Positions 1 to 11,627 of a stretch of DNA of 64,000 nt are shown here, piece after piece (the stretch's first letter is position 1; each line of letters opens with the position of its first letter). The position numbers and the translations under genes are program-made. The notes beneath the pieces were generated by a model, which searched no databases, was not told the DNA's origin, and saw nothing but the letters and a program-made list of their open reading frames with translations. This stretch comes from Octopus sinensis (taxonomy: Eukaryota), in NCBI RefSeq assembly GCF_006345805.1, contig NW_021833268.1, forward strand, positions 13,923 to 77,922. The letters are read 5' to 3'.

Positions 1-297
1 AAACTCACTCACATACATAGACATACACACACAAACATATACACACGTACGCACATACACGCACAACCATATACATACACGTAATTGTAGACAAGATTAG
101 AATACAATGATATCCTGCTGTAGGCAGGATTATAATACAAGGAAAACAATTATTGCATCCCGTTAGCTCACAAATTCAAAAATATAAATCTCACTGTAAG
201 GGAAGTAACTCTTACAAAAAACATTTCGGAAGCACTGTCCAGACTTGTTTTGAGATTACTTCCCTTACTGAACAAGAAAGCTTAATAACAAAGTGTT

Positions 298-319
298 TAT
301 ATATATACATACACACACA

Positions 320-375
<56 letters not shown>
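298..375. repeat. (CA)n/(TA)n microsatellite; a degenerate (CA)n tract also covers 1-66
   Basis: Dinucleotide runs read directly; they explain the HT/YI/VC-rich ORFs. Confidence 0.95.
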
Positions 376-376
<1 letters not shown>

Positions 377-377
377 G

Positions 378-655
378 GTCCCTCGTTTATTTACATTTCT
401 GAAGAAAAAAGATACCCTTCCCCCACCCCTAACCCTAACCCTAAAACAGATTGAAATGCAATAGATCGATACTAGGGTCATTATTATGGGTGACAATTTC
501 ATATGACACCGCTTGAAAAAACTGCCGGTCAAACCGAAAAGATCCAGTAAATAACACACAGAAACACAAAGTAAGGATCGACTAGTCACGACTAGCTAGC
601 ACGGATGCGTGAGTACGAGAGTGCGTGCACCGGGACCACTGTTCTCAAGGAATAC
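378..655. mobile_element. Non-autonomous repeat with internal CCTAAC(n) tract, Helentron/HINE-like
   Basis: tttacatttctgaaga...cccctaaccctaaccctaa resembles 58823-58890 and rc of 56697-56765. Class is inferred only from the internal telomere-like motif. Confidence 0.35.
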
Positions 656-789
656 CTATATCTATCTATCTATACACACACACACATATATATATATGAT
701 TCCAAATATATATATGGCTGGCTTCAGTAGGTTCTGTAAAACCTTGTGGTGCGATACCAGGTACTCTCTTTTACTCTTACTCTTTTACT

Positions 790-930
790 TAGACCAAAGC
801 CTTGTGAGTGGATTTGGTATACGGAAACTTAAAGAAGCCCGTTGTATATATGTATATATGTGTGTGTGGTGTGTGTGTGTGTGTGTGTTTCTGTGTTTGT
901 CTCCCCCCAACATCGCTTGACAACCGATGT
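790..930 (+). mobile_element. SINE family A fragment
   Basis: ccaaagccttgtgagtggatttggta...(TA)(TG)n...cgcttgacaaccgatg matches the many other A copies. Confidence 0.85.
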
Positions 931-1228
931 TCTTGAATAGCTTATAAGCATCTTCCACACCGCAACTGAATAAAGAATTTTGTTTGAACTACCCTTACCC
1001 AGCGCGTAATTCCAAAACTTCCCACTGTTTTTCAATCTTTTTTTTTTTTATATATTTGATTTTAAATGTGGACAGTTAATGTTATTAAAATTAATTATCT
1101 CTAAATAACCATTAAATTGTTGCGAGGAAAATCATTTACTAACAGAGAAGGTTGTTACAAAAATAAATAATCTGTACGTACCTGGATGCATTATCCATTT
1201 CTTGAAATATAAACAACAGCAGGTCCTC

Positions 1229-1259
<31 letters not shown>

Positions 1260-1267
1260 TGTATGTA

Positions 1268-1598
1268 GCTCGCCAATCAATAGAGGTGGAATACGGTATA
1301 TTTAAATTTTCCATAATAGATTTATGGGACCAACTTTCTGTTAGGAAATGGTTCACAAACAAAAGAACCAATCTTCCACAGAGGTAAATGACTGCGCTCC
1401 AAGACAGTGTTCTTGAAGATAGACACAGAATATCTGCACTTCCTTCCTTGTTGTCTGCGACGGTGAACAATCTTTCGACACTTACTCATTCCGTCGTGGA
1501 AGATGAAAGCCGAATGACATGAGGGACAATGATCAGCTGTAGGAAGGACTCCATGTTGACGGAAAAATCTATTACCACAATGCCATTGTCACGGAAAT
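1268..1598 (-). pseudogene. Merlin (ISXO2-like) transposase N-terminal remnant, frameshifted
   Basis: Joining two minus frames gives KCRYSVSIFKNTVLERSHLPLWKI/LFVNHFLTESWSHKSIMENLNIPYSTSIDW, resembling the Merlin C..SI.K.T..E.S.L...I...W...T..DW pattern. Confidence 0.5.
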
Positions 1599-1914
1599 GT
1601 GTGTGTGTATCTATGTGTTTGTGTTTATGTTTGTCCCCCACCACCACTTGATAACTGGTGTTGGTGTGTTTATGTTCCCGTGACTTAGTAGTTATACACT
1701 CACCTACACACACACATACCCACACTGCCAAGCACATGTGCGCATGTATATATGATATATATATTATATATATATATCTCACTGTATATTCCTACATCCA
1801 GTCTTGTGACATTTGATACCTCATGTCTATACTGAATGATAGGACTTCTGTGGTCAGCTCTTCTCTAAAACTATGAACCACCAATCAATATGATCACGCT
1901 TCTAGATAGTTTCT

Positions 1915-2350
1915 TATTTCTTTACTGCCCACAAGGGGCTAAACACAGAGGGGACAAACAAGGACAGACAGAAGGATTAAGTCAATTATATTGATCCCAG
2001 TGTGTAACTGGTACTTATTTAATCGACCCCCTAAAGGATAAAAGGCAAAGTCGACCTCGGCGGAATTTGAACTCAGAACGTAACGGCAGATGAAATACTA
2101 CAAAGCATTTCGCCCAGCGTGCTATTGTTTCTTATTTCTATATTACCCACAGAGGGGACAAACAAGGACAGACAAATGGATTAAGTCGATTATATTGACC
2201 CCAGTGTGTAACTGGTACTTATTAAATTGACCCCGAAAGGACAAAAGGCAAAGTCGACCTCGGTGGAATTTGAACTCAGAACGTAACGGCAGACGAAATA
2301 CAGCTAAGCATTTCACCCTGCATGCTGACGTTTCTGCCAGCTTGCCGCCT
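1915..2350 (-). mobile_element. SINE family B, head-to-tail dimer
   Basis: Two copies of rc(gttctgagttcaaattccgccgaggtcgactttgcctttcatcctttcggggtcgat...ccccttgtgggtagtaaagaaata). Confidence 0.9.
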
Positions 2351-2601
2351 TTAGATATTTTCTGTGTACCAAATTCCATGCAAAACATTGATCACTAATC
2401 CACCATGCTGTGTAGAATGACTAAACAAGAAACGACATTTTTGTGTGGCAAACTTCTAAACCATGTGGTAATTCGTAATTTAATTGATGCATGAAACAGA
2501 TTGATGTCAAATACAAATCAAGTAAAGGAATACTGAATAACAGTTACAGTGAAGGCTTATTGATCCAGTAATTGCTTTTGACTCACTTGTAATTTGAATA
2601 A

Positions 2602-2905
2602 TGTTTATTCCTTCTTGAGCCATGCCTGGCTCATAAGGGCTGGTTTCCCGGTTTCCTTGGCGCATAGGTTCCCCACCTGGACAGGACGCCAGTCTGTCGC
2701 AGGTGAGCTCCAAGATGCAGGAGGAAAGAGTGAGAGAAAGTTGTGGTGAAAGAGTCATCAGAAGTTCACCATTACCTTCTGCCGGAGTCGCGTGGAACTT
2801 AGGTGCTTTCGCTCATAAACACACACATCGCCCAGTCTGAGATTCGAACCCGCAATCCCTCGACCGCAAGTCAGTTGCTCTAACCACTAGACCATGTGGC
2901 TCCAC
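2602..2905 (-). mobile_element. SINE family C head with V-domain-like tail
   Basis: tRNA-like head (rc tggtctagtggttagagc...ggttcgaatc); 12-bp TSD with one mismatch, taatttgaataa (2590-2601) / taatctgaataa (2906-2917). Confidence 0.85.
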
Positions 2906-3129
2906 TAATCTGAATAACGGAGATATATACTGAGGCCTTCAATAACTTTATAGCAAGTGTAATAGAATACCACATGGATTTTGACTTGTAATAACTAATT
3001 ATCTAAATGTAATAATTAATTATCTAAAATGAAAGATATTTTGTTGTCTCAGTATCTTGCAGATCATATTTAATTAATGATATTTAATTAATGATAGCTT
3101 CCATGACAGACTTATGTATATGTTTATCC

Positions 3130-3260
3130 AGACTTCAGTCGCTGCCTCTTCCAGATGTCACTGATGTCATTTTTGATGATGTTACTCACATTCAGTTAAA
3201 ATCTTCCTACATATGTTCAATTGGATCAAGGTCAGTGTATTTAAGAAATCCATTTCTGAG
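3130..3260 (-). pseudogene. Tc1-like transposase C-terminal remnant
   Basis: rc of 3210-3236 reads DLDPIEHM*, resembling SPDLNPIEHxW. Confidence 0.35.
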
Positions 3261-3291
3261 ATTCGATTGAGGGTTTTGCTTTCTGAGCTTG

Positions 3292-3845
3292 TTATTTCTT
3301 TACTGCCCACAAGGGGCTACGCATAGAGGGGACAAACAAGGACAGACAATGGGATTAAGTCGATTATATCGACCCCAGTGCGTAAATGGTACTTATTTAA
3401 TCGACCCCCGAAAGGATGAAAGACAAAGGCCTCAGCGGAATTTGAACTCAGAACGTAGTGGCAGATGAAATACCGCCAAGCATTTTGCCCGGCATGCTAA
3501 CGTTTCTTATTTCTTTACTGCCCACAAGGGGCTACACACAGAGGTGACACACAAGGACAGACAAACAGATTAAGTCAATTATATCGATCCCAGTGCGTTA
3601 CTGGTACTTATTTGATTGAGCCTGAAAGGATGAAAGACAAAGTCAGCCTCAGCAGAATTTGAACTCAGAACGTAGCGGTAGGCGAAATACCGGCATGCTA
3701 ACGTTTCTTATTTCTTTACTGCCCACAAGGGGCTACACACTGAGGGGACAAACAAGGACAGACAAACGGATTAAGTCGATTATATCAACCCCGGTGCGTA
3801 ACTGGTACTTATTTGATCGACCCCGAAAGGATGAAAGGCAAGCCA
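3292..3845 (-). mobile_element. SINE family B, trimer
   Basis: Three tandem B cores with junctions at 3501-3513 and 3702-3714. Confidence 0.9.
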
Positions 3846-3914
3846 ACACATGGCGAAGCTACTCTGTGCTGGAACAAGAGCATTTGGCTCACACAATTTA
3901 ACTACTGTGAGTAG

Positions 3915-4186
3915 CTCCAAGTTGATGTAATCGACTTAATCCGTTTGTCTGTCCTTGTTTGTCCTCTCTGTGTTTAGCCCCTTGTGTGTGGTAAAGAAAT
4001 AGGTATTTCGTTTGCTGTTATGTTCTGAGTTCAAATTCTGCCAAGGTCGACTTTGCCTTTTATTCATTCGGGGTCGATTAAATTAAGTACCAGTCACGCA
4101 CTGGGGTCGATGTAATCGACTTAATCCCTTTGTCTGTCCTTGTTTGTCCCCTCTGTGTTTAGCCCCTTGTGGGTAATAAAGAAATA
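3915..4186 (+). mobile_element. SINE family B, partial dimer
   Basis: B tail, junction gaaataggtatttc (3996-4009), then a second B core. Confidence 0.85.
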
Positions 4187-4304
4187 TATATACAGTTGTC
4201 CTCAATTACAACGAGGGGGTATTGAAAAGTTCTTGGCTTTAAGGATGACGTGAAAGGCTTGGTTGGAGGTCCAACCTTCTGAGTTCTTTAAAGGGCTTAG
4301 AAAA
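4187..4304 (+). mobile_element. Mariner-like terminal fragment, duplicated at 58411-58531
   Basis: acgagggggtattgaaaagttc resembles a mariner TIR; the longer copy at 58.5 kb continues into a transposase-like C-terminus (..EKL....KC.NL.G.YVE*). Confidence 0.5.
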
Positions 4305-4324
4305 TTGCTAACAGTTTTGGTCAC

Positions 4325-4720
4325 TTGTCATCTCCTTTGTGAGGCCCAAAGTCTGAACAATTCGGCTTTATTTGCTTTTGAATTCATTGGCTTCTTTCTT
4401 GCAATTCTTTGTTCATATCCAAAGTCCTTCAACACTGTTCTTACACAATAAGGCAACCACAGAACTTGTAAACTCTCGAAAACTCTTTGAAAATCAATAT
4501 TGAATAACTTAGCACTTAACTTTGCAGTCACCTGGATCTCTTCTTCGCTCGGCAGTGACCTTCTTCATTTCCCTTCTTCCTTCCTTCATTGATAACCATT
4601 GCTGAAACACTGAGCAGTTTGCTGATTGGTTTACCCATATTGATACCAGCCAATCATTTGTCTTCATGCAAATTCATTGATATCGTTCGTGTCAGTGGCT
4701 TTCCTTGCTGTGTTTTATCA
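4325..4720 (-). pseudogene. Tc1-like transposase remnant (second HTH region)
   Basis: ORF 4328-4531 VRTVLKDFGYEQRIARKKPMNSKANKAELFRLWA matches the Tc1 TVRR.L...G...R.A.KKP.L...NK..RL.WA pattern. Confidence 0.6.
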
Positions 4721-4850
4721 AATTCAATTTAGAATTAAACCAAAAACATTTATTTATGTACCTGCAGCAAAAAAGAAAGAATAATTAAAAAAAAGCACAT
4801 CAAATCAACAGATGGCTAAAAGTCACAACTCTCTCTTCATATCTTTACAA

Positions 4851-5128
4851 ACACACACACACACACACACAACACACACACACACACACGTACACACACA
4901 CACACATACACAAACACACACATACACACATACACACACACATACACACACACACACACACACGTACACATACACAAACACACACATACACACATACACA
5001 CACACACATACACACACATACACACACACACACGTACACACACACACATACACACACACACACGTACACACACACGTACACACACATACATACACACACA
5101 CACACACACACGTACACACACACACATG
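4851..5128. repeat. Compound (CA)n/(CATA)/(CGTA) microsatellite
   Basis: Read directly. Confidence 0.95.
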
Positions 5129-5455
5129 CATAGACATATTTATTTATTGATACCAATGTATTTTATCTTTCTGCAAGTAAATTTCATTAGTTCAATTTTG
5201 GTAAATATAAGGAGGTTAAAGAATACTCTTTTACTCTTTTACTTGTCTCAGTCATTTGACTGTGGCCATGCTGGAGCACCACCTTTAGTCAAGCAAATCG
5301 ACCCCAGGACTTATTCTTTGTAAGCCTAGTACTTATTCTATCGGTCTCTCTTTTGCCGAACTGTTAAGTTATGGGGACATAAACACACCAGCATCGGTCG
5401 TCAAGCAATGTGGGGGGGGACAAACACAGACACACAAACAAATACACACACATAC

Positions 5456-5551
<96 letters not shown>

Positions 5552-5562
5552 TATATATACAT

Positions 5563-5762
5563 ACAGGGAGAATTCACAAAAAAAACAAAAGACGAAGACA
5601 AGTGGTGTATAAAACAAACAGATGTATTAGTATAACGCCGAGGAATTGAAAAAGTCTTTAATGTTTCGAGCCTATGCTCTTCTACAGAAAGGAACACAGA
5701 AAGAAACAAGGTGAGAAACAAGGAGAGAAAAAAATGTGTGTAGTGGCTACCGATCTATCATG
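5563..5762 (-). mobile_element. Family G short element carrying a hammerhead-like motif (PLE pLTR-like)
   Basis: Foreign segment inside the A SINE microsatellite; contains the motif at 5656-5691. Confidence 0.5.
5656..5691 (-). ncRNA. Variant minimal type I hammerhead-like motif (A6 to U)
   Basis: rc = CUUU-CUGUAGA-A-GAGC-auag-GCUC-GAAA-CAU-U-AAAG; stems I and II pair fully and one core position deviates. Confidence 0.45.
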
Positions 5763-5984
5763 GCGACTGTATGATGGGCTTCTTTTCAGTTTCCATCTAC
5801 CAAATCCACTCACAAGGCTTTGGTCGGCCCGAGGCTATAGTAGAAGACACTTGCCCGAGGTGCCACACAGTGGGACTGAACCCGAAACCATGTGGTTTGT
5901 AAGCAAGCTACTTACCACACAGCCACTCCTTCACCTATATATTAATTTTTCAATTTCCCCCTCCATTGTCTACATATAGGAGCA

Positions 5985-6640
5985 GGCATGGCTATGAAGT
6001 AAGAAATTTGCTTCTCAACCAGGTTCAGTCGAATTGAGTGGCCCCTTTGGCAAGTGTTTTCTGCCGTAGCCTCAGGTAGACCAAAGCCTCGTGAGTGGAT
6101 TTGATAAAAAGAAACTGAGAGAAGCCTGTAGTATGTGTGTGTGTGTGTGTGTGGTGTGTGTGTGTGTCTGCATTTGTCTCCTGACAATTGCTTGACAACC
6201 AGTGTCAATGTGTTTACATCCCTGTGACTTAGCAGTTCAGCAAAAGAAAACAATAAAACAGGTACAAGGTTTTTAAAAAAACGAAGTAAGTAATCTGGAG
6301 TAAATTCATTTAACTGAGCTCCTTCAAGGCAAAGTCCCAGCATGGCTGCAGTCTAATGACTGAAACCAGTAAAAGAGTGAAATAATATTAAACTGAAGAT
6401 TGTTGATAATAAGCTCTAATTATAAATTTGTGTGTGTGTGTGTGTGTGTAGGTGCAGGCGTAGCTATGTGATAAAAAGCTTTCTTCCCAACTACATGGTT
6501 CTGGGTTCAGTCCCACTGCGTGGCACCTTGGCCAAGCATCTACTATAGCTTCAAGCTGACCAAACCCATGGAAGTGGATTTGGTAGGCAGAAACTGAAAG
6601 AAGCCCATCGTATATATGTATATGTGTGTGTATATATATA
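5985..6640 (+). mobile_element. Two diverged family A-type SINE copies (5985-6385, 6440-6640)
   Basis: ggcatggctatg..gtaagaa head, ggcaagtgtttt core and internal (TG)n. Confidence 0.75.
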
Positions 6641-6744
6641 TATATATATAAGGTAGAAAATATTTTAGGGGGCAAACACATGTGGTGGATATATATAGAA
6701 AGAGAAAAGATGAAAAACATTGAAAAAACACAGAAGATTTGTGC

Positions 6745-6822
6745 ATTATTTACATTATTTACATTCAACGGATATTCGTCCTCATCTTGTTTGTGTTAAC
6801 AACAAAGATGAGGACAAATATC
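6745..6822. mobile_element. Family F 3' fragment folded back on itself
   Basis: gatattcgtcctcatcttgtttgtgttaacaacaaagatgaggacaaatatc is an inverted repeat of the F tail also seen at 38090-38150. Confidence 0.7.
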
Positions 6823-6835
6823 TGATGAATGTAAT

Positions 6836-7630
6836 GGATGTGTAATGTCAGTGTTCATACTCGACAGAGTGCAAGTACCTTGAGAGAAAAGTTGGACCTA
6901 AGAAGCATCAGTTGTGGTGTGCAAGAGAGATGTTTGCACTTGTATAGTCATGTGGCGAGAATGGATGAAGATAGTTGTGTGAAAAAGTGCCACACCCTAG
7001 TGGTTGAGGGAACCTGTGGAAGAGGTAGACCCAGGAAAACCTAGGACGAAGTGGTGAAGCACGACCTTCAAACTTTAGGTCTCACCGAGGAAATGACTAG
7101 AGACCGAGACCTTTGGAAGTATGCTGTGCGTAAGAAGACCTGGCAGGACAAGTGAGGCCATAACCCATGGCCTCAGTCCTCTTATGCATACCTTTCCTTC
7201 TTGGGACACAAAACTCTACTTGTGAAGACCTGTTGGGGAAAGTGAAAAACAAAAACAAAAACAAAATCAAAATCAAAATCGATCAACATCAATGGAAATC
7301 GTAGCTGTGATACCAGTGCCGGTGGCACATAAGAGAACCATCCAAACGTGGCCATTGCCAGCACCGCCCCGACTGCCTCCGTACCAGTGGCACGTAAAAA
7401 GCACTGTCTGATCGTGGCCATTTGTCAGTCTTGTCTGGCACCTGTGCCAGTGGCACGTAAAAAGCACCCACTACACTCATGGAATGGTTGGCGTTAGGAA
7501 GGGCATCCAGCCGTAGAAACATTGCCAGATCAGACTGGGCCTGGTGCAGCCTTCTGGCTTCCCAGACCCCAGTTGAACCGTCCAACCCATGCTAGCATGG
7601 AAATCGGACGCTAAACGGTGATGATGATGA

Positions 7631-7633
<3 letters not shown>
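6836..7633 (+). mobile_element. RTE-clade LINE, short 5'-truncated copy (ORF end, 3' UTR, (GAT)n tail)
   Basis: WMCNVSVHTRQSASTLREKLDLRSI...GRPRKT*; UTR motif ggttggcgttaggaagggcatccagc; (GAT)n tail. Confidence 0.9.
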
Positions 7634-7666
<33 letters not shown>

Positions 7667-7682
7667 CCGAGTTGAAAATTCT

Positions 7683-10160
7683 TTGGTAGTTAAAGCAATT
7701 AGAAGCATGAAGACAGGGAGAGCCCCAGGCCCATCAGGAATTACTGCAGAGATGCTCAAAATATCTGGCAGTGTTGGCTATAGCCTAGTCACCCGTATAG
7801 TTAATCAGGTGATACATGAAGGGGTCATACCCAATGACTGGTGTAGCAGCATAATAGTCAACTGCTACAAAGGTAAAGGTGATGCCCTAGATACAAATAA
7901 TTACAGAGGTATCAAGCAGTTGGATCAGGTAATGAAGGTTACGGAGAGGGTCATAGCCCAACTAATTAGAGAGAGAGTTAGTTTAGATGAGATGCAGTTT
8001 GGGTTCGTGCCAGGGAAAAGTACCACTGATGCTATATTCCTGGTAAGGCAGCTGCAGGAGAAATACCTGGTCAAAGATAAGCCCCTGTACCTGGCTTTCG
8101 TTGACATGGAGAAAGCCTTTGATAGGGTCCCCCGATCCCTTATCTGGTGGTCAATGAGGAAACTAGGGATAGATGAATGGCTGGTGAGGGCTGTGCAAGC
8201 CATGTACAGAGATGCTGTAAGTAAGGTTAGGGTTGGCAACATGTACACAGAAGAATTCAAAGTAGAGGTTGGGGTCCACCAGGGTTCAGTACTCAGCCCC
8301 CTCCTATTTATCATAGTCCTCCAGGCAATTACGGAGGAATTCAAGACAGGTTGCCCCTAGGAGCTCCTCTATGCTGATGACCTTGCTCTAATTGCTGAGT
8401 CACTATCAGAACTGGAGGAGAAATTCCAGGTGTGGAAGGAGGGTCTAGAATCGAGGGGCCTTAGAGTCAATCTAGCTAAAACCAAAGTCGTAATAAGTAG
8501 GAAGCTAGACAATCCACAAATGTCTTCAGGAAGATGGCCCTGCTCAATCTGTAGAAAAGGTGTAGGTAGAAACTCTATAAGATGTACCCAGTGTAAGCTA
8601 TGGACACATCTAAAGACTCCGCCGGTTACGACGACGAGGGTCCCAGCTGATATGATCAATGGAACAGCTTGCTCGTGAAATTAACGTGCAAATGGCTGAG
8701 CATTCCACAGACACGTGTACCCTTAATGTAGTTCTCGGGGATAATCAGCGTGACACAGAGATTGACAAGGCTGACCCTTTGAAATACAAGTACAACTCAT
8801 TTTTGCCAGCTGAGTGGACTGGAGCAACGTGAAATAAAGTGTCTTGCTCAAGGACACAACGCGTCGCCGGGAATCGAACTCACAACCTTACGATCATGAA
8901 CCGAATGCCCTAACCACTAAGCCACGCGCCCTCACACTATGGACACATAAGAGGTGCAGCAATGTCAAAGATAGGCTAACTGGGAAGATAGTTTTTGTAT
9001 GTGGCAGATGCTCGGGAGCATTAACCTCCGAAAATCTGCAGAAAACAACTTCCGTCACTTTCCAGGGGGAAAAACTAGAAGTAGTTGATAGCTTCCGTTA
9101 TCTAGGTGACCAAGTCAGTAGTGGGGGTAGGTGCGCTGAAAGTGTAACTGCTAGAATAAGAATAGCCTCGGCAAAGTTTAGGGAGCTCTTACCTCTGCTG
9201 GTGACTAAAGGCCTCTCGCTCAGAGTAAAAGGCAGACTGTATGATGCATGTGTACGAACAGCCATGCTACATGGCAGTGAAACATGGGCCGTGACTGCTG
9301 AGGACATGCGTAAGCTTGTGAGGAATGAAGCCAGTATGCTCCGATGGATGTGTAATGTCAGGGTACATACTTGACTGAGCGTTAGTACTTTGAGAGAAAT
9401 GTTGGACCTAAGAAGCATCAGTTGTGGTGTGCAAGAGAGACGATTGCGCTGGTATGGTCATGTGGCGAGAATGGATGAAGATAGGTGTGTGAAAAAGTGC
9501 CAATCCCTAGCAGTTGAGGGAACCCGTGGAAGAAGTAGACCCAGGAAAACCTGGGACGAGGTGGTGAAGCACGACCTTCGAACTTTAGGCCTCACTGAGG
9601 AAATGACCAGAGACCGAGACCTTTGGAAATATTCTGTACGTGAGAAGACCAGGCAGGACAAGTGAGCCCAGCCCACTTATGCATGCCTTTCCTCCCTTGG
9701 ACACACAAAGACCTGTTGAGGCAAGCGAAGTCGATATCGAACCTCATCCGACGACAGGCACCCATGCCAACCCCCTTTGCTTGCGAAGACATGTTGGGGC
9801 AAGCGAAATCGAAATCGAATTGAACCAGCCAGGATCCCTGGTCTGGTGGTACGTAAAAAGCACTATCCGACTCGTGGCCGATGCCAGCGCCGCCTTTACT
9901 GGCCTCCGTGCCGGTGGCACGTAAAATACACCAATCCGACCGTGGCCGTTGCCAGCCTCACCTGGCACCTGTGCAGGTGGCACGTAAAAAGCACCCACTA
10001 CACTCACGGAGTGGCTGGCGTTAGGAAGGGCATCCAGCTGTAGAAACATTGCCAGATAAGACTGGAGCCTGGTGCAGCCTTCTGGCTTCCCAGATCCCGG
10101 TCGAACCGTCCAACCCATGCTAGCATGGAGAACGGACGCTAAACAGTGATGATGATGATG
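7683..10160 (+). mobile_element. RTE-clade LINE, 5'-truncated, reverse transcriptase pseudogene
   Basis: RT motifs NYRGI, QFGF, AFVDMEKAFDRV, GVHQGSVLSPLLF, YADD (8370-8381), FRYLG. Nonsense codons at 8358 and 9370, SINE insertion at 8610-8936, ORF ends 9665, (GAT)n tail. Confidence 0.95.
8610..8936 (-). mobile_element. SINE family D (CORE-like middle) inserted in the RTE ORF
   Basis: 12-bp TSD ctatggacacat (8598-8609, 8937-8948); box A tggcttagtgg and box B gttcgattcc on the minus strand; close to 55715-56039. Confidence 0.95.
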
Positions 10161-10195
10161 ATATATATATATGTATATGTATGTATATATATATA

Positions 10196-10284
10196 TATAA
10201 CAATAAAGGTTTTTTGCAACAAGTTGCTTAACCACATACCATATGTGGTTAAGCAACTTGTTGCAAAAACCCCTTATTGTTATA
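10196..10284. repeat. Near-perfect hairpin, about 43-bp arms and 3-nt loop
   Basis: tataacaataa...ttaaccacata-cca-tatgtggttaa...ttattgttata, 2 mismatches. Confidence 0.9.
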
Positions 10285-10374
10285 ATTGTATAAATTTTTT
10301 GCCGAATATGGTCCTTTTCCAAACTGAAATACTACTAGGTGAAATTTGTTGATTTTATATATATATATATATAT

Positions 10375-10622
10375 CGGTGGTACGTAAAAAGCACCAATCC
10401 GATCGTGACTGTTGCCAGCCTCACCTGGCACGTAAAAAGCACCCACTACACTCACGGAGTGGTTGGCGTTAGGAAGGGCATCCAGCTGTAGAAACATTGC
10501 CAGATCAGACTGGAGCCTGGTGAGGCCTTCTGGCTTCCCAGATCCCCGGTCGAACTGTCCAACCCATGCTAGCATGGTGAACGGACGTTAAACGATGATG
10601 ATGATGATAATGATGATGATGA
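10375..10622 (+). mobile_element. RTE 3' UTR fragment
   Basis: Same UTR and (GAT)n tail as 9900-10160. Confidence 0.9.
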
Positions 10623-11199
10623 TATACATACACACACAGGTGAAAATAGATGTTTGTTGAACATTATAAAAGTTAAATTGGAAAGTTAAGTAAATGTGTT
10701 ATGTCTACAGAATACCATGTCTTCAGTGTTTATTTAAAAGTCTTTATTAAGTAAAATAAACAGATATACTGTAAAAAGATATATATGACCCTGGGAGACT
10801 ATAATGATCGTGTATGAAGTGAAACTTTCAGAGAAGTGTGGGGAGAGGGAAGAGTAATTTCATATTGTTTAATTAAAAATCAGAAAGAAAAATTGATTTT
10901 ATAAAAGTAAAAAAAATGTACATTAATTACATCCTAATTAGCTATGAATTGCATTACAAATCAAATGTGATTTAATTCTCTGGCATACAAGCTAGCAACT
11001 ATTTATTCCTGGGTGCTCCAGATTGTCAACCTTCAGCTTATCACATTTGTATGCTTTTAATCTCTCACATAACTCTATCACTGAATCAAGTAGCTACCCC
11101 TTCACGTTACTGCCAAATTCAGACACTTGTGAGGGAGAGGCACCCCTTCATAAGGGACTCAAGCCCTTTGCTTGTCATTTGTCAGGACTCATGTTTCTA

Positions 11200-11627
11200 T
11201 CCTTTACTCTTTTTACTCTTTTACTCTTTTACTTGTTTCAGTCATTTTGACTGCGGCCATGCTGGAGCACCGCCTTTAGTCGAGCAAATCGACCCCGGGA
11301 CTTATTCTTTGTAAGCCCAGTACTTATTCCATCGGTCTCCTTTGCTGAACCGCTAAGTGACGGGGACGTAAACATACCAGCATCGGTTGTCAGGTAATGC
11401 TAGGGGGACAAACACAGACACACAAACACACACACACTTACATATATATATATACATATATACGACAGGCTTCTTTCAGTTTCCGTCTACCAAATCCACT
11501 CACAAGGCATTGGTCGGCCCGGGGCTATAGCAGAAGAAACTTGCCCAAGATGCTACGCAGTGGGACTGAACCCAGAACCATGTGGTTGGTTAGCAAGCTA
11601 CTTACCACACAGCCACTCCTGCGCCTT
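11200..11627 (-). mobile_element. SINE family A, full length
   Basis: tRNA-like head, internal (TA)/(CA) microsatellite and (AAAAGAGT)n tail. Confidence 0.9.

Larger units (their letters stand above)
5224..5935 (-). mobile_element. SINE family A, interrupted by an expanded (TA)n and a family G element
   Basis: 3' half at 5224-5460 and tRNA-like head at 5765-5935; (TA)n at about 5455-5560. Confidence 0.85.

Noticed and set aside
1335-1385. Homeodomain-like VRKWFTNKR in ORF 1202-1387
   Set aside because: No helices 1-2 are present, and the opposite strand gives a longer, better Merlin transposase match, so this is likely chance.
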